Below are positions 1 through 7,566 of a stretch of 10,691 nt of DNA, piece by piece; within the stretch, counting starts at the first letter, position 1, and every line of letters starts with the position of its first letter. This stretch comes from an uncultured Nitrososphaerota archaeon. Its GTDB lineage: Archaea > Thermoproteota > Nitrososphaeria > Conexivisphaerales > DTJL01. The position numbers and the translations under genes are program-made. Below the pieces are notes generated by a model that saw only the letters and a program-made list of their open reading frames with translations, was not told where the DNA came from and did no database searches. The stretch spans positions 1 to 10,691 of the forward strand of contig CAWJIE010000011.1 of assembly GCA_963842885.1 (NCBI GenBank), given 5' to 3'.

Positions 1-1
1 G

Positions 2-55
2 AAGGCCCGCCTAGAAACGCAGAATAGCCGCCCGGACCATGAGCTGCCTAGGTAA
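2..55 (+). CDS. Possible 3' end of an upstream co-oriented gene (KARLETQNSRPDHELPR*), truncated by the window edge
   Basis: The frame is open from the window start to TAA at 53-55, 12 nt before the ATG at 68. This spacing fits an operon, but the stretch is too short to assess. Confidence 0.3.
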   Translation, partial: KARLETQNSRPDHELPR

Positions 56-67
56 CAGTCGGCAGCT

Positions 68-2482
68 ATGCGAGTCAACAAGGTCCACTTATCGGGTGTT
101 CTCCGTCAGGTCGGATGGGACCTGACGGCCAGCTTCGCTCTTCTCCTTGTCTACTGGCTGGCTTCTGGATACCGGCCGATGCAGTTCCCCTTCACCCTGA
201 TTCAGGCTACCGCTGGCGCGGCCTTGGTCCTCGTTGTGTCAGGTCATACTCTGCGAGTGGCTCTCTTTGGTCGGACCCGCTTCCGTTCGTCCTCGCTTGG
301 GGGAAAGGTCACTCTGGATGTCCTCCTCAGTCTGCTGGTGTTCGCCGTCGTGTCCGTCGGGCTCTCCGTCACCTATCTCCTCGACGGGTTCAACGTCATG
401 ATGGTTCTAGGGTCGCTCACGATATTGTCGATAATAGTTGCCGTGGCGAGGAGAGAACCCTGCGGCGACCTCCGCCTCGTCAAGAACAGCCTGAGTGTCC
501 TGCCCGTCACCATCGTTGCAGCATCCGGCCTGATCATCGCCCTTCTGTTCAGGTGGGCGTTTTCGTGGCCCTCTATGCCTGGCTGGGACGTTAACTACCA
601 TCTGGCCGTCTCCAACCTGATCGTCGCTCATGACGGCATGGCTGACATCTTTCCAATCGTCAACGGGCACTTGGCTTACCCCCACGTCTTCCACGTCTTG
701 GTCGCGTCCTTCTCCAATATGGCGGGGATTTCTCCGTACGACGTCTTCTGGCTGGCACCCTTCCTTTCCATCCCCCTCTACGGCGTGCTCGTCTACTCCC
801 TTTCCTCAGCCCTGACCAAGAGCAGGACCCAATCCGTCGTGGCAGGGGTGCTGGCTGTTGCGATAAGCGGCGGGGACGCGCTTCTAGGGCCGGAGTACTT
901 CTTCACTTCCACGGCTTTCATTCTGCTATTCATGCTGACTCTTCTGGTGCTCGTGAAGTCCCCTCTTGAAGGGCTCCCTCATCTTGCTGTCGTTGGCTCT
1001 GCCCTGGCCCTCTGCTATCTTGTGTACTACTTTCCATTCTTCCTCTCTCTGCCAGTTCTCGCCCTCTTCCTCATGTTGCGCTACCCCGATTCCTTCCTTT
1101 CGCTGCACCGCCGTGTTGTCCTCACAGTGCTTCTCGCGGTCACGGTTCTTTCATCCTACTTACTGACCACAGCACTGAGCTTTGAGGTCGAGCCTCTCGC
1201 TGAGAAGGCCGCAATCCTGGGACTGACTTACCCGCCCGTGCTTTGGCTTCTTTCTCTCGTCGGCGGCTTGGTTGTCGTCAGGCAGTTCCTTAAGGACCGC
1301 ACCGGAGGCTTCATCTCCCTGGGCATGGCGGCGACATCGGTCACCCTCATCGCGGTCTGCTTCCTTCCCTTCAATACCTCGACCAGGTCGGAGCTCCTCC
1401 TGAGACCTCTCATCGCAATAGTCTCCTCCTTCATCGTCGTGTTCCTCTCCGCGGTTGTTGCGGGCGGGGCGAGGGCGGTCAAAGGAGGCTCGCCTCTGAA
1501 GTCGGTCGGAAGGATACCTGGAGTGCTCCTGGCCGTCTTCCTTGTGGCCTCGGTCGCCCTTGTGGCCCAGCCGTACCTTAGCTATGCCAGCCAGGTACCG
1601 AGCCTGTCCAACATCTCTGCCGACGAGTATGCAGCCGGCCAGTGGCTCTCGCAGAATACGCCCGCGAACGGATACATACTTACGGACCCGTCGACGGGGT
1701 ACGTCCTTCGCGGGCTGACCCTGCGCAACGCCTCCAACTCATTCATTTTCGGAGACTACGTAGGCCCATATGGAGGGTACAACCTGACTTCGACGATCTT
1801 CGGCTTCTTCAGCGAGCTAGACTTGACCAGAGTCGCCGGCTATCTCGAGCAGCTCCCGCAGACGCCCGCCTTCATCGTCATCACGACCCGGACCGCTTCA
1901 TGGGTCCTCTCAGGTGTGAACTCCTCTTTTGGGGCGCCGACCGGGCTCGCCCTCACCTCTTTCAGTGGGTCGGAGAAGTTCTCTCTCCCTCTATTCTCGC
2001 TGGCGGCCTCCTGGGACACGGTCAAGGTATATCGGCACACCAACGCCCAGCTTGTTACAGCCTGGAACGCGACGTCCTCGGAGAACGGCTTCGACTCGTG
2101 GTACCTCGAAGGAGCCTACGGCAGCCACAGGCTGGACTATGCGGACGGCTCCCTTATGGAGACCGTCCAGGCAGGAGGTCAGGGAGATGCCCAGACTGGC
2201 GCGACATTCCTTCTCGGGAATCTGACGCAGGCTGAATACCTTTTCGTTCGGTACAGGATAGATTCGCCCGCGTACAGCTTGGAGCTGATGCTCTTCTACT
2301 CCGATGGCTCGCCCTTGGTGATCACCTTGAAGCAGTCCTCCGGGTGGCAGGACGCCGCGTTCGCCCTCTCGGGGTCCAAGGACAACCCGCTGGTCAGGGT
2401 GGCGCTCGTGGTGTGGACTCGCGACACCTCCGTCCACACCGTCGAAGTGAACAGGTTCGCCGTGTTCAGCGTCGTCCCCTGA
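68..2482 (+). CDS. Multi-pass membrane glycosyltransferase of the GT-C superfamily (AglB/STT3-like architecture, no WWDYG) with a C-terminal beta-rich putative carbohydrate-binding domain, 804 aa
   Basis: About 500 aa of successive hydrophobic helices. External-loop motifs GWDVNYH (581-601) and YPHVFH (677-694) resemble the D-x-x-Y-H and Y-P motifs of GT-C enzymes. After the last helix, DEYAAGQWLSQNTPANGYILTDPSTGY (1622-1702) matches the STT3-type 'W-L-x-x-N-T-P' core opening. Neighbours are glycosyltransferases. Confidence 0.8.
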   Translation: MRVNKVHLSGVLRQVGWDLTASFALLLVYWLASGYRPMQFPFTLIQATAGAALVLVVSGHTLRVALFGRTRFRSSSLGGKVTLDVLLSLLVFAVVSVGLSVTYLLDGFNVMMVLGSLTILSIIVAVARREPCGDLRLVKNSLSVLPVTIVAASGLIIALLFRWAFSWPSMPGWDVNYHLAVSNLIVAHDGMADIFPIVNGHLAYPHVFHVLVASFSNMAGISPYDVFWLAPFLSIPLYGVLVYSLSSALTKSRTQSVVAGVLAVAISGGDALLGPEYFFTSTAFILLFMLTLLVLVKSPLEGLPHLAVVGSALALCYLVYYFPFFLSLPVLALFLMLRYPDSFLSLHRRVVLTVLLAVTVLSSYLLTTALSFEVEPLAEKAAILGLTYPPVLWLLSLVGGLVVVRQFLKDRTGGFISLGMAATSVTLIAVCFLPFNTSTRSELLLRPLIAIVSSFIVVFLSAVVAGGARAVKGGSPLKSVGRIPGVLLAVFLVASVALVAQPYLSYASQVPSLSNISADEYAAGQWLSQNTPANGYILTDPSTGYVLRGLTLRNASNSFIFGDYVGPYGGYNLTSTIFGFFSELDLTRVAGYLEQLPQTPAFIVITTRTASWVLSGVNSSFGAPTGLALTSFSGSEKFSLPLFSLAASWDTVKVYRHTNAQLVTAWNATSSENGFDSWYLEGAYGSHRLDYADGSLMETVQAGGQGDAQTGATFLLGNLTQAEYLFVRYRIDSPAYSLELMLFYSDGSPLVITLKQSSGWQDAAFALSGSKDNPLVRVALVVWTRDTSVHTVEVNRFAVFSVVP

Positions 2483-2560
2483 AATCCCTCAGGGCTGAAG
2501 CCACGCCAGCTCCATGGATTGCCTCTTCCCTAGGATTCCAGACCTGTTACGTACGGCTAC

Positions 2561-2577
2561 AACCAACGCATAAATAC
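2561..2577 (+). promoter_or_regulatory. Putative archaeal promoter (BRE-like A-rich segment plus TATA-like CATAAATA) for the SBP gene and downstream genes
   Basis: AACCAACG-CATAAATA-C is an AT-rich hexamer/octamer in a GC-rich intergenic gap, upstream of the SBP gene. Identified by eye only. Confidence 0.45.
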
Positions 2578-2741
2578 TCTGGACGCTCCCGATGGTGTTA
2601 GGTAGCGAATGCTATTCGATTCATCAAATAGTCGCAGGCGCTCCTGCCCATGTTTCCATCGGGCAGGCTTCGTGACCTCATGGGGGTCGTGGTTGCGTGC
2701 TGAGCGTGGCGTCGGTGCCCTTGTCTAGGTGGGTCTCCTCC

Positions 2742-5306
2742 ATGAGTCACTTGGGCCGTCAGGTTTTGCGTGGCGCCGTCCTCGCCCTGTTAGTCTACGT
2801 CATGGTTCTGAGCGCTGTCGCCCCCTCCATTACGACGGCCCACGCTGGGTCTCTCACTTTGTTCAGCATGACCCTCCTCGTCCCCACTAACGACCCGGTG
2901 ATGATTTCATACGCCGCGGTCATCGCCAACTCCTTTCAGAGCGTGGGCATAAACGCCCAGATTCACTACGTCTCCTTCTCTAAGCTGTTCAGCCAGGTGT
3001 TCTCCGCCCAAGGAGGCTTCGACGCGGCACTCATGGGGTGGTCCGCATCCACCTCCTCCTCCGACTCCATCTTCGGGAACATCCTCGGCAACCAAGCCAC
3101 CGAAACCCCCAACGGCACCAACTACTACCCCTACAACAGCAGCGCCGTGAACACGCTCATCGCCCAGGCCCTGCAGACCAGCGACAGGGCTTCCCAGGAC
3201 TCTTACATCTGGCAGATTCAGCCCATCCTCCAGGGCGACTCGCCCATGGCAGTCATTTACTACACCGAGAGCGCCGTGGCTAGAAGCCCCTCGATCTTGG
3301 AATACGGCCAGCAGAACGCCTTCAGCTCGAACTCCTTCCCGGACATTCAGCACCTGAGCGGCCTGACCACCCTTAACCTAGCGATGTCGTCGGCCATCTT
3401 TCCGGGAGGAAGCTTCAACCCGCTGACAGCGTTGGCGCACCAGACCAGCACCAACCTCGTCATGCAGCCCCTCTTCTCCCCCCTGCAGGAATGGGACCCA
3501 GTGGCCAACCAGTTCTACCTCGCCTTGGCCACCAGCGTGAACGAGTCGCTGGACGGCCTCCACTGGACCATCAGTTTTGGGAGCAACACATGGGCGGACG
3601 GGGTGAACGTGACCTCCGACGACTTCGTGTTCACCCTGGAGTCCGTCTTCAACCCGCAGTCCGGGAGCACCCTCTTCAACATGAAGGAGCAACTGGGTAA
3701 CGTCGGCAACTTCGTCTACTTGAATGGTACAACGATGACGCTCAACGAGTCGGGCGGAGCCGCTGTCGTCCCGTTCAGCGTCACGGCCGTCAGCCCCACT
3801 TCGTTTAGGGTGGACCTCACCAATCCGTACGGTTTCTTCAACTCCACATACGCCACGATGAGCCCCATCCCGAAGCACTACTTCGAGCAATTCAACATCA
3901 CCACGTGGGCTACCCTTCCGTACAGCGTCGCGAGCGGCATCTACCACTACACGTGGAACTCCACTAAATACGGTGGAAGCGGCTCGGCTTTCGCCACCGG
4001 ACCGTGGGGGAATGGTCCGTATTCCATGACCTCCGTCAATGCCACCGCGAACCTGTTCAAGGAGAGCGCTAGAGCGACCTACTGGAATTCGACGGGCCTC
4101 CACAACGTCGGCCAGTTCACGGTCACGAACTACAGCGTCCAGTTCGTGAGCGGCGTCGGTTCCGCCATCTCGGCGTATTCAGCGGGGAGTGTAAACGTCC
4201 TCGACCCCGGTTTCGGCCTGTCGCCCTTCGTCGCCTCCCTTCAGCAGCTGGGGGCGAACGTCCTTCAGTACTACGACGGCAGCTACCAGGAGCTCGGGTT
4301 CGACATGCTCAGCACCATATGGGGCACCGGGACCGCTACGCCACTGGGCCTGAGCAATTCGTCGCAGGCGTCAGCTGCGGCCCAAGACGTCAGGCGGGCA
4401 TTCAGCTACCTTATACCCAGACAGCAGATAATCGATCAGTTCCTGGGAGGTGCTGGCCTTGCGGGCATCACTCCATGGGGTCCGGCCTTCGGGTCCTCCT
4501 TCGACACAGCCCTCAGAGCGGATGGCTATGACACCTTGATGGCGAAGTCATTCCTTGCGGCGGCTGGATACAGCACGGGCGTTGATCCATACCTGAGCAC
4601 CTTCGAACCGCTGCGGTACTCGGGTGCCACAGGGTCGCTTCGGGTCCTGAGCTCTCCCGCCGTCCCAACGACTATCTCGGTCAATGGCACCCCTAGTGAT
4701 GACTGGGGGATAAACTGGCCACCGCTTCAGCCCGGCTATTATAGCCTGGGCTTCACCGACGTTCCGCAGTTCACCAGCCCTCAGTTCTACAACATCACGA
4801 TATATCCGTCCGGCGGTTCTCCCATAGGTCCTGTGTTGATTCCCGTCGGTTCGCCCGTCCCCGTGTATCCGGACGCGACCACATTCGTGACTCTTAGCTT
4901 CCAAGCCGAGGGGTTCCTCAGAGTCATTACGGACCCCGCCGTCCCCGGGCTGATATATATCGACGGCGCCCCGAAGGAACCTTGGGGGCTGTGGGTGTCT
5001 CTGCCGCCCGGCTCGTACGACGTCTCCTTCGGCGACTTGAACGGAATGACCACGCCCACATCGGTGCTTGCCACGGTCACGGCGAATCAGCTAACGTTGG
5101 TGACGGGCAACTACGGGAATGGAACAACCACTGTCCAGACGGCTCTCGCGCCGTCCTACTCGCCGCTCATAATTCAGCTCGTGGGTTCGCAGTCGTCCTA
5201 CGTGGGGCCTCTGGAGGTGCTCCTCTTTGTATCCGCTGGGCTCATGGCATTCTGGATGGGGCGGAAGCAGGTTCTAGCGGGGCTGTCGCGCCTGGCCAAG
5301 GGCTAG
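2742..5306 (+). CDS. Family-5 (DppA/OppA-like) ABC-type solute-binding protein, apparently circularly permuted, with signal peptide, two PEGA-like repeats and a C-terminal TM anchor (alternative start GTG 2697)
   Basis: Signal peptide MSHLGRQVLRGAVLALLVYVMVLSAVAPSITTAHA with an A-x-A cleavage site. SBP-5 blocks are present: LATSVNESLDGLHWTI..TWADGVNVTSDDFVFT, GNGPY, DVRRAFSYLIPRQQIID, YDTLMAKSFLAAAGY, FDAALMGW, YNSSAVNTLIAQA. The C-terminus is hydrophobic LEVLLFVSAGLMAFWMG followed by a basic tail. Confidence 0.88.
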   Translation: MSHLGRQVLRGAVLALLVYVMVLSAVAPSITTAHAGSLTLFSMTLLVPTNDPVMISYAAVIANSFQSVGINAQIHYVSFSKLFSQVFSAQGGFDAALMGWSASTSSSDSIFGNILGNQATETPNGTNYYPYNSSAVNTLIAQALQTSDRASQDSYIWQIQPILQGDSPMAVIYYTESAVARSPSILEYGQQNAFSSNSFPDIQHLSGLTTLNLAMSSAIFPGGSFNPLTALAHQTSTNLVMQPLFSPLQEWDPVANQFYLALATSVNESLDGLHWTISFGSNTWADGVNVTSDDFVFTLESVFNPQSGSTLFNMKEQLGNVGNFVYLNGTTMTLNESGGAAVVPFSVTAVSPTSFRVDLTNPYGFFNSTYATMSPIPKHYFEQFNITTWATLPYSVASGIYHYTWNSTKYGGSGSAFATGPWGNGPYSMTSVNATANLFKESARATYWNSTGLHNVGQFTVTNYSVQFVSGVGSAISAYSAGSVNVLDPGFGLSPFVASLQQLGANVLQYYDGSYQELGFDMLSTIWGTGTATPLGLSNSSQASAAAQDVRRAFSYLIPRQQIIDQFLGGAGLAGITPWGPAFGSSFDTALRADGYDTLMAKSFLAAAGYSTGVDPYLSTFEPLRYSGATGSLRVLSSPAVPTTISVNGTPSDDWGINWPPLQPGYYSLGFTDVPQFTSPQFYNITIYPSGGSPIGPVLIPVGSPVPVYPDATTFVTLSFQAEGFLRVITDPAVPGLIYIDGAPKEPWGLWVSLPPGSYDVSFGDLNGMTTPTSVLATVTANQLTLVTGNYGNGTTTVQTALAPSYSPLIIQLVGSQSSYVGPLEVLLFVSAGLMAFWMGRKQVLAGLSRLAKG
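4632..5114 (+). repeat. Two tandem PEGA-like beta-sandwich repeats within the SBP (protein-level repeat; units start at 4632 and 4911)
   Basis: GSLRVLSSPAVPTTISVNGTPSDDWGINWPPLQPGYYSLGFTDVPQFTSP aligns with GFLRVITDPAVPGLIYIDGAPKEPWGLWVSLPPGSYDVSFGDLNGMTTP. Both follow the PEGA pattern G-x-L-x-V-x-S/T-x-P...I-x-V/I-N/D-G...L-x-P-G-x-Y. Confidence 0.75.
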
Positions 5307-5310
5307 TGGT

Positions 5311-6450
5311 TTGAGGGTCCTGATGCTGACGGACTATTACTACCCTCATGTAGGTGGCGGTGTGGAGAAGGCGGTGACCGAGATTTCTAGGGCCCTTTTG
5401 AGGCGGGGGACAAAGGTGGGCGTCTTCACCCTTGATACGGAAGGTCACAGCTCCCACGAGATAGTCGACGGAGTCGAGGTGTTCAGGTCCAGAGCGCGCG
5501 ACTTGACCCCTATCCTGGGGCTCCAGAGCTCTGCGTCACTGAGGGCCTTGACAGACTTGCTCGGCGCGGTGGACGGATTTAACCCCGATGTTCTTCATGC
5601 CAACAACCTCTTCTTCACCACCTCGGCCCTATCGGTCCTCGCCAAGAAGCTGCACCGCCTCCCTCTCGTTGTCACCATGCATTTGGGCTCGATAGACGAC
5701 GTCGGAGGCCTAACGGGTTCCCTCGCTGCAACATATGAGAGAACCATAGCGAGACGGATACTCGAGAACAGCAATCACGTCATCGCAGTGAGCAGGGCCG
5801 TGTCCGACCATGCCAGCGCATTGGGTGTCCCACGAAGCAAGCTCAGCGTTGTCCCCAACGGCGTGGACACCGACGTCTTCCGCCCAGACCCCTCACGCAA
5901 GAAGGGTAGCAAGAAAAGAATCCTCTCCGTAGGCCGGCTCGTGCCCAACAAAGGTATTCAAGTCCTCGTCAGGGCCGCGCCAGCTGTCCTCGCCGAGCAT
6001 GACGTGGAGTTCCTGGTCATCGGCAGAGGTCCCATGCTGGCGGAGCTGGAGTCGCTGGCGCGGAAGGAAGGAGTGCGCGAAGCTTTTTCGTTCCTGGGAC
6101 TTGTGCCTTCGGTCAGCGACATGCTGCAGACCTGCGACGTTTTCGTTCGCCCGTCCATGACCGAAGGGATGCCCCTGACGGTTCTCGAAGCCATGGCCTG
6201 TGGGGTTCCCGTGGTGGCCACTTCCGTCGCAGGGACATCGGAGATCGTGCACCAAGGCTCGACAGGGCTCCTGTGCCCGCCTGGTGATGCACATTCACTT
6301 GCACAGGCCATAAACGCCAGCTTGGATGACCCTCAGTTAGCCAAGCGCCTAGGTGAGAACGGAAGGGCCATGGTGGGGAAGGGCTATGACTGGGAAGGCG
6401 CCGCCAGAATGACCAGGGATGTCTACGAGTCGCTCGGGGGTGCCGGGTAG
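5311..6450 (+). CDS. Glycosyltransferase family 4 (GT-B fold, retaining), 379 aa, TTG start
   Basis: N-terminal MRVLMLTDYYYPHVGGGVE, VVPNGVD and VGRLVPNKG motifs, and the E-x7-E signature in DVFVRPSMTEGMPLTVLEAMACGVPVVAT. Starts 4 nt after the SBP stop. Confidence 0.95.
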   Translation: MRVLMLTDYYYPHVGGGVEKAVTEISRALLRRGTKVGVFTLDTEGHSSHEIVDGVEVFRSRARDLTPILGLQSSASLRALTDLLGAVDGFNPDVLHANNLFFTTSALSVLAKKLHRLPLVVTMHLGSIDDVGGLTGSLAATYERTIARRILENSNHVIAVSRAVSDHASALGVPRSKLSVVPNGVDTDVFRPDPSRKKGSKKRILSVGRLVPNKGIQVLVRAAPAVLAEHDVEFLVIGRGPMLAELESLARKEGVREAFSFLGLVPSVSDMLQTCDVFVRPSMTEGMPLTVLEAMACGVPVVATSVAGTSEIVHQGSTGLLCPPGDAHSLAQAINASLDDPQLAKRLGENGRAMVGKGYDWEGAARMTRDVYESLGGAG

Positions 6451-7480
6451 GTGGCCTTGAACGTTGCCGTGATTGGAACGGGATGGGCAGCCGTCAACAG
6501 GCACATTCCGGCATACCGAAGGGATGCAAGGTGTCGAATCGTCGCCCTCGTCAACCCTTACATGGAAGAAGGGAATCGGGTCGCGCGCTCCCTCGGCATA
6601 CCTCGTTGCTACGCCACGACAGGGGAGATGCTCGAAAAGGAGAAGCCAGGACATGGTGAGCATCTGCTCCCCGCCTTTCACGCACGCTTCAATCGCAATT
6701 GACTCGATGGAACGCGGGTCCAATGTGCTGACCGAGAAGCCGATGGCCATGAGCGTCGATGAAGCTGTCGAGATGGTGCGGGCTTCAGAGCGGACAGGCA
6801 CCCTCCTCTGCGTGAACCACAACTTCCTCTTCTCTCGCTCCTTGATGCAGGTCAAGCGGTTGAAGGCGGCGGGATCGCTTGGAGACACCATCTCCGTACA
6901 GGCCCTCCAAACGACGAACCTTCGGCGACGTCTGCCAAAGTGGTACCCCGCTCTGCCGGGAGGTCTCTTCTTTGACGAGTCTCCCCACATGCTCTACCTG
7001 CTCAGGTTCTTCTTGGGAGGCCTAAAGCTTGAGCAGGCTCTTCTTGACAGGACTCCGAAGGGGTCTCAACCAATCAGTTCCGTCGAGGCAGATTTCTCGG
7101 GGCCGTCCAAGGCTGCGGGCCATCTGACAATGCTCTTCAACGCCCCCAGAGACGAGTGGAGGCTGACGGTGGTGACCGCCGAGAAGGTCCTCTACCTAGA
7201 CGTCTTCCGCGACACACTGATAGTCATGCCCAGGGGTGGCGATCATTCACCGAAGGAGGTCCTCTCCAGCTCCCTGAGCTACATCCGCCAAGATGCGAAG
7301 GGCGTTCTGGGGTCGGGGACGAGGTGGACGAACCACAGCCTGCTTTTCGGTCAGGACACCCTGGTCTCCGCATTCGTCGATAGTCTGCTCTCGAAGACGC
7401 CAGCTCCTGTTTCACCTCAGGAAGGGCTGGATGTCGTGAAGGCGATGAACCAAATCTTGACAGAGGGTGGAGACCGATGA
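6451..7480 (+). CDS. Gfo/Idh/MocA family NAD(P)-dependent oxidoreductase, ~342 aa once a 1-nt insertion at ~6648-6650 is removed (frameshifted: sequencing error or recent pseudogene)
   Basis: The Rossmann start LNVAVIGTGWAA lies in the 6451 frame. DMVSICSPPFTH, the LTEKPMA (EKP) motif and GGLFFDESPH lie in the 6473 frame. Removing one base from CCA-G-GAC gives a continuous EKEKP-DMVSICSPP. TTG 6457 is an alternative start. Confidence 0.9.
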
Positions 7481-7513
7481 GCGAAACTTATGCCCATTTT
7501 GTCTTGGAAAGAA

Positions 7514-7528
7514 TTGAAAAGCTTATCT
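7514..7528 (+). promoter_or_regulatory. Putative internal archaeal promoter (BRE-like GAAAAG plus imperfect TATA CTTATCT)
   Basis: An AT-rich island (7496-7530) in GC-rich DNA, about 40 nt upstream of ATG 7567. The TATA match is imperfect. Confidence 0.35.
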
Positions 7529-7566
7529 CTGCGCGGGGCACACTCACGGGAAGGACTGGTAATGGG

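Noticed and set aside
68-2482. Calling either membrane protein a true oligosaccharyltransferase (aglB/stt3)
   Set aside because: WWDYG is absent in both. The SWW at 9648-9656 is followed by LEG and is displaced from the expected position. No gene symbol was assigned.
2477-2494. Hairpin CCCTGA-AATCCC-TCAGGG over the first gene's stop codon as a terminator
   Set aside because: Only 6 bp with no following T-tract, which is within chance expectation.
2344-2601. 85-aa ORF spanning the end of the first gene and the intergenic gap
   Set aside because: It overlaps the first gene out of frame, runs through the putative promoter and has no recognisable features.
2588-2640. CGATGGTGTT resembles the fluoride riboswitch core (GGCGAUGGUGUUCGCC)
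   Set aside because: The flanks do not form P1, there is no downstream (U/A)AUGACACC pseudoknot partner, and the downstream gene is not a fluoride exporter.
6630-6660. Programmed ribosomal frameshifting or phase-variable tracts at the two frameshifts (also 9580-9590)
   Set aside because: Neither site has an X_XXY_YYZ heptamer, a long homopolymer or a tandem repeat. A single-base indel explains each.
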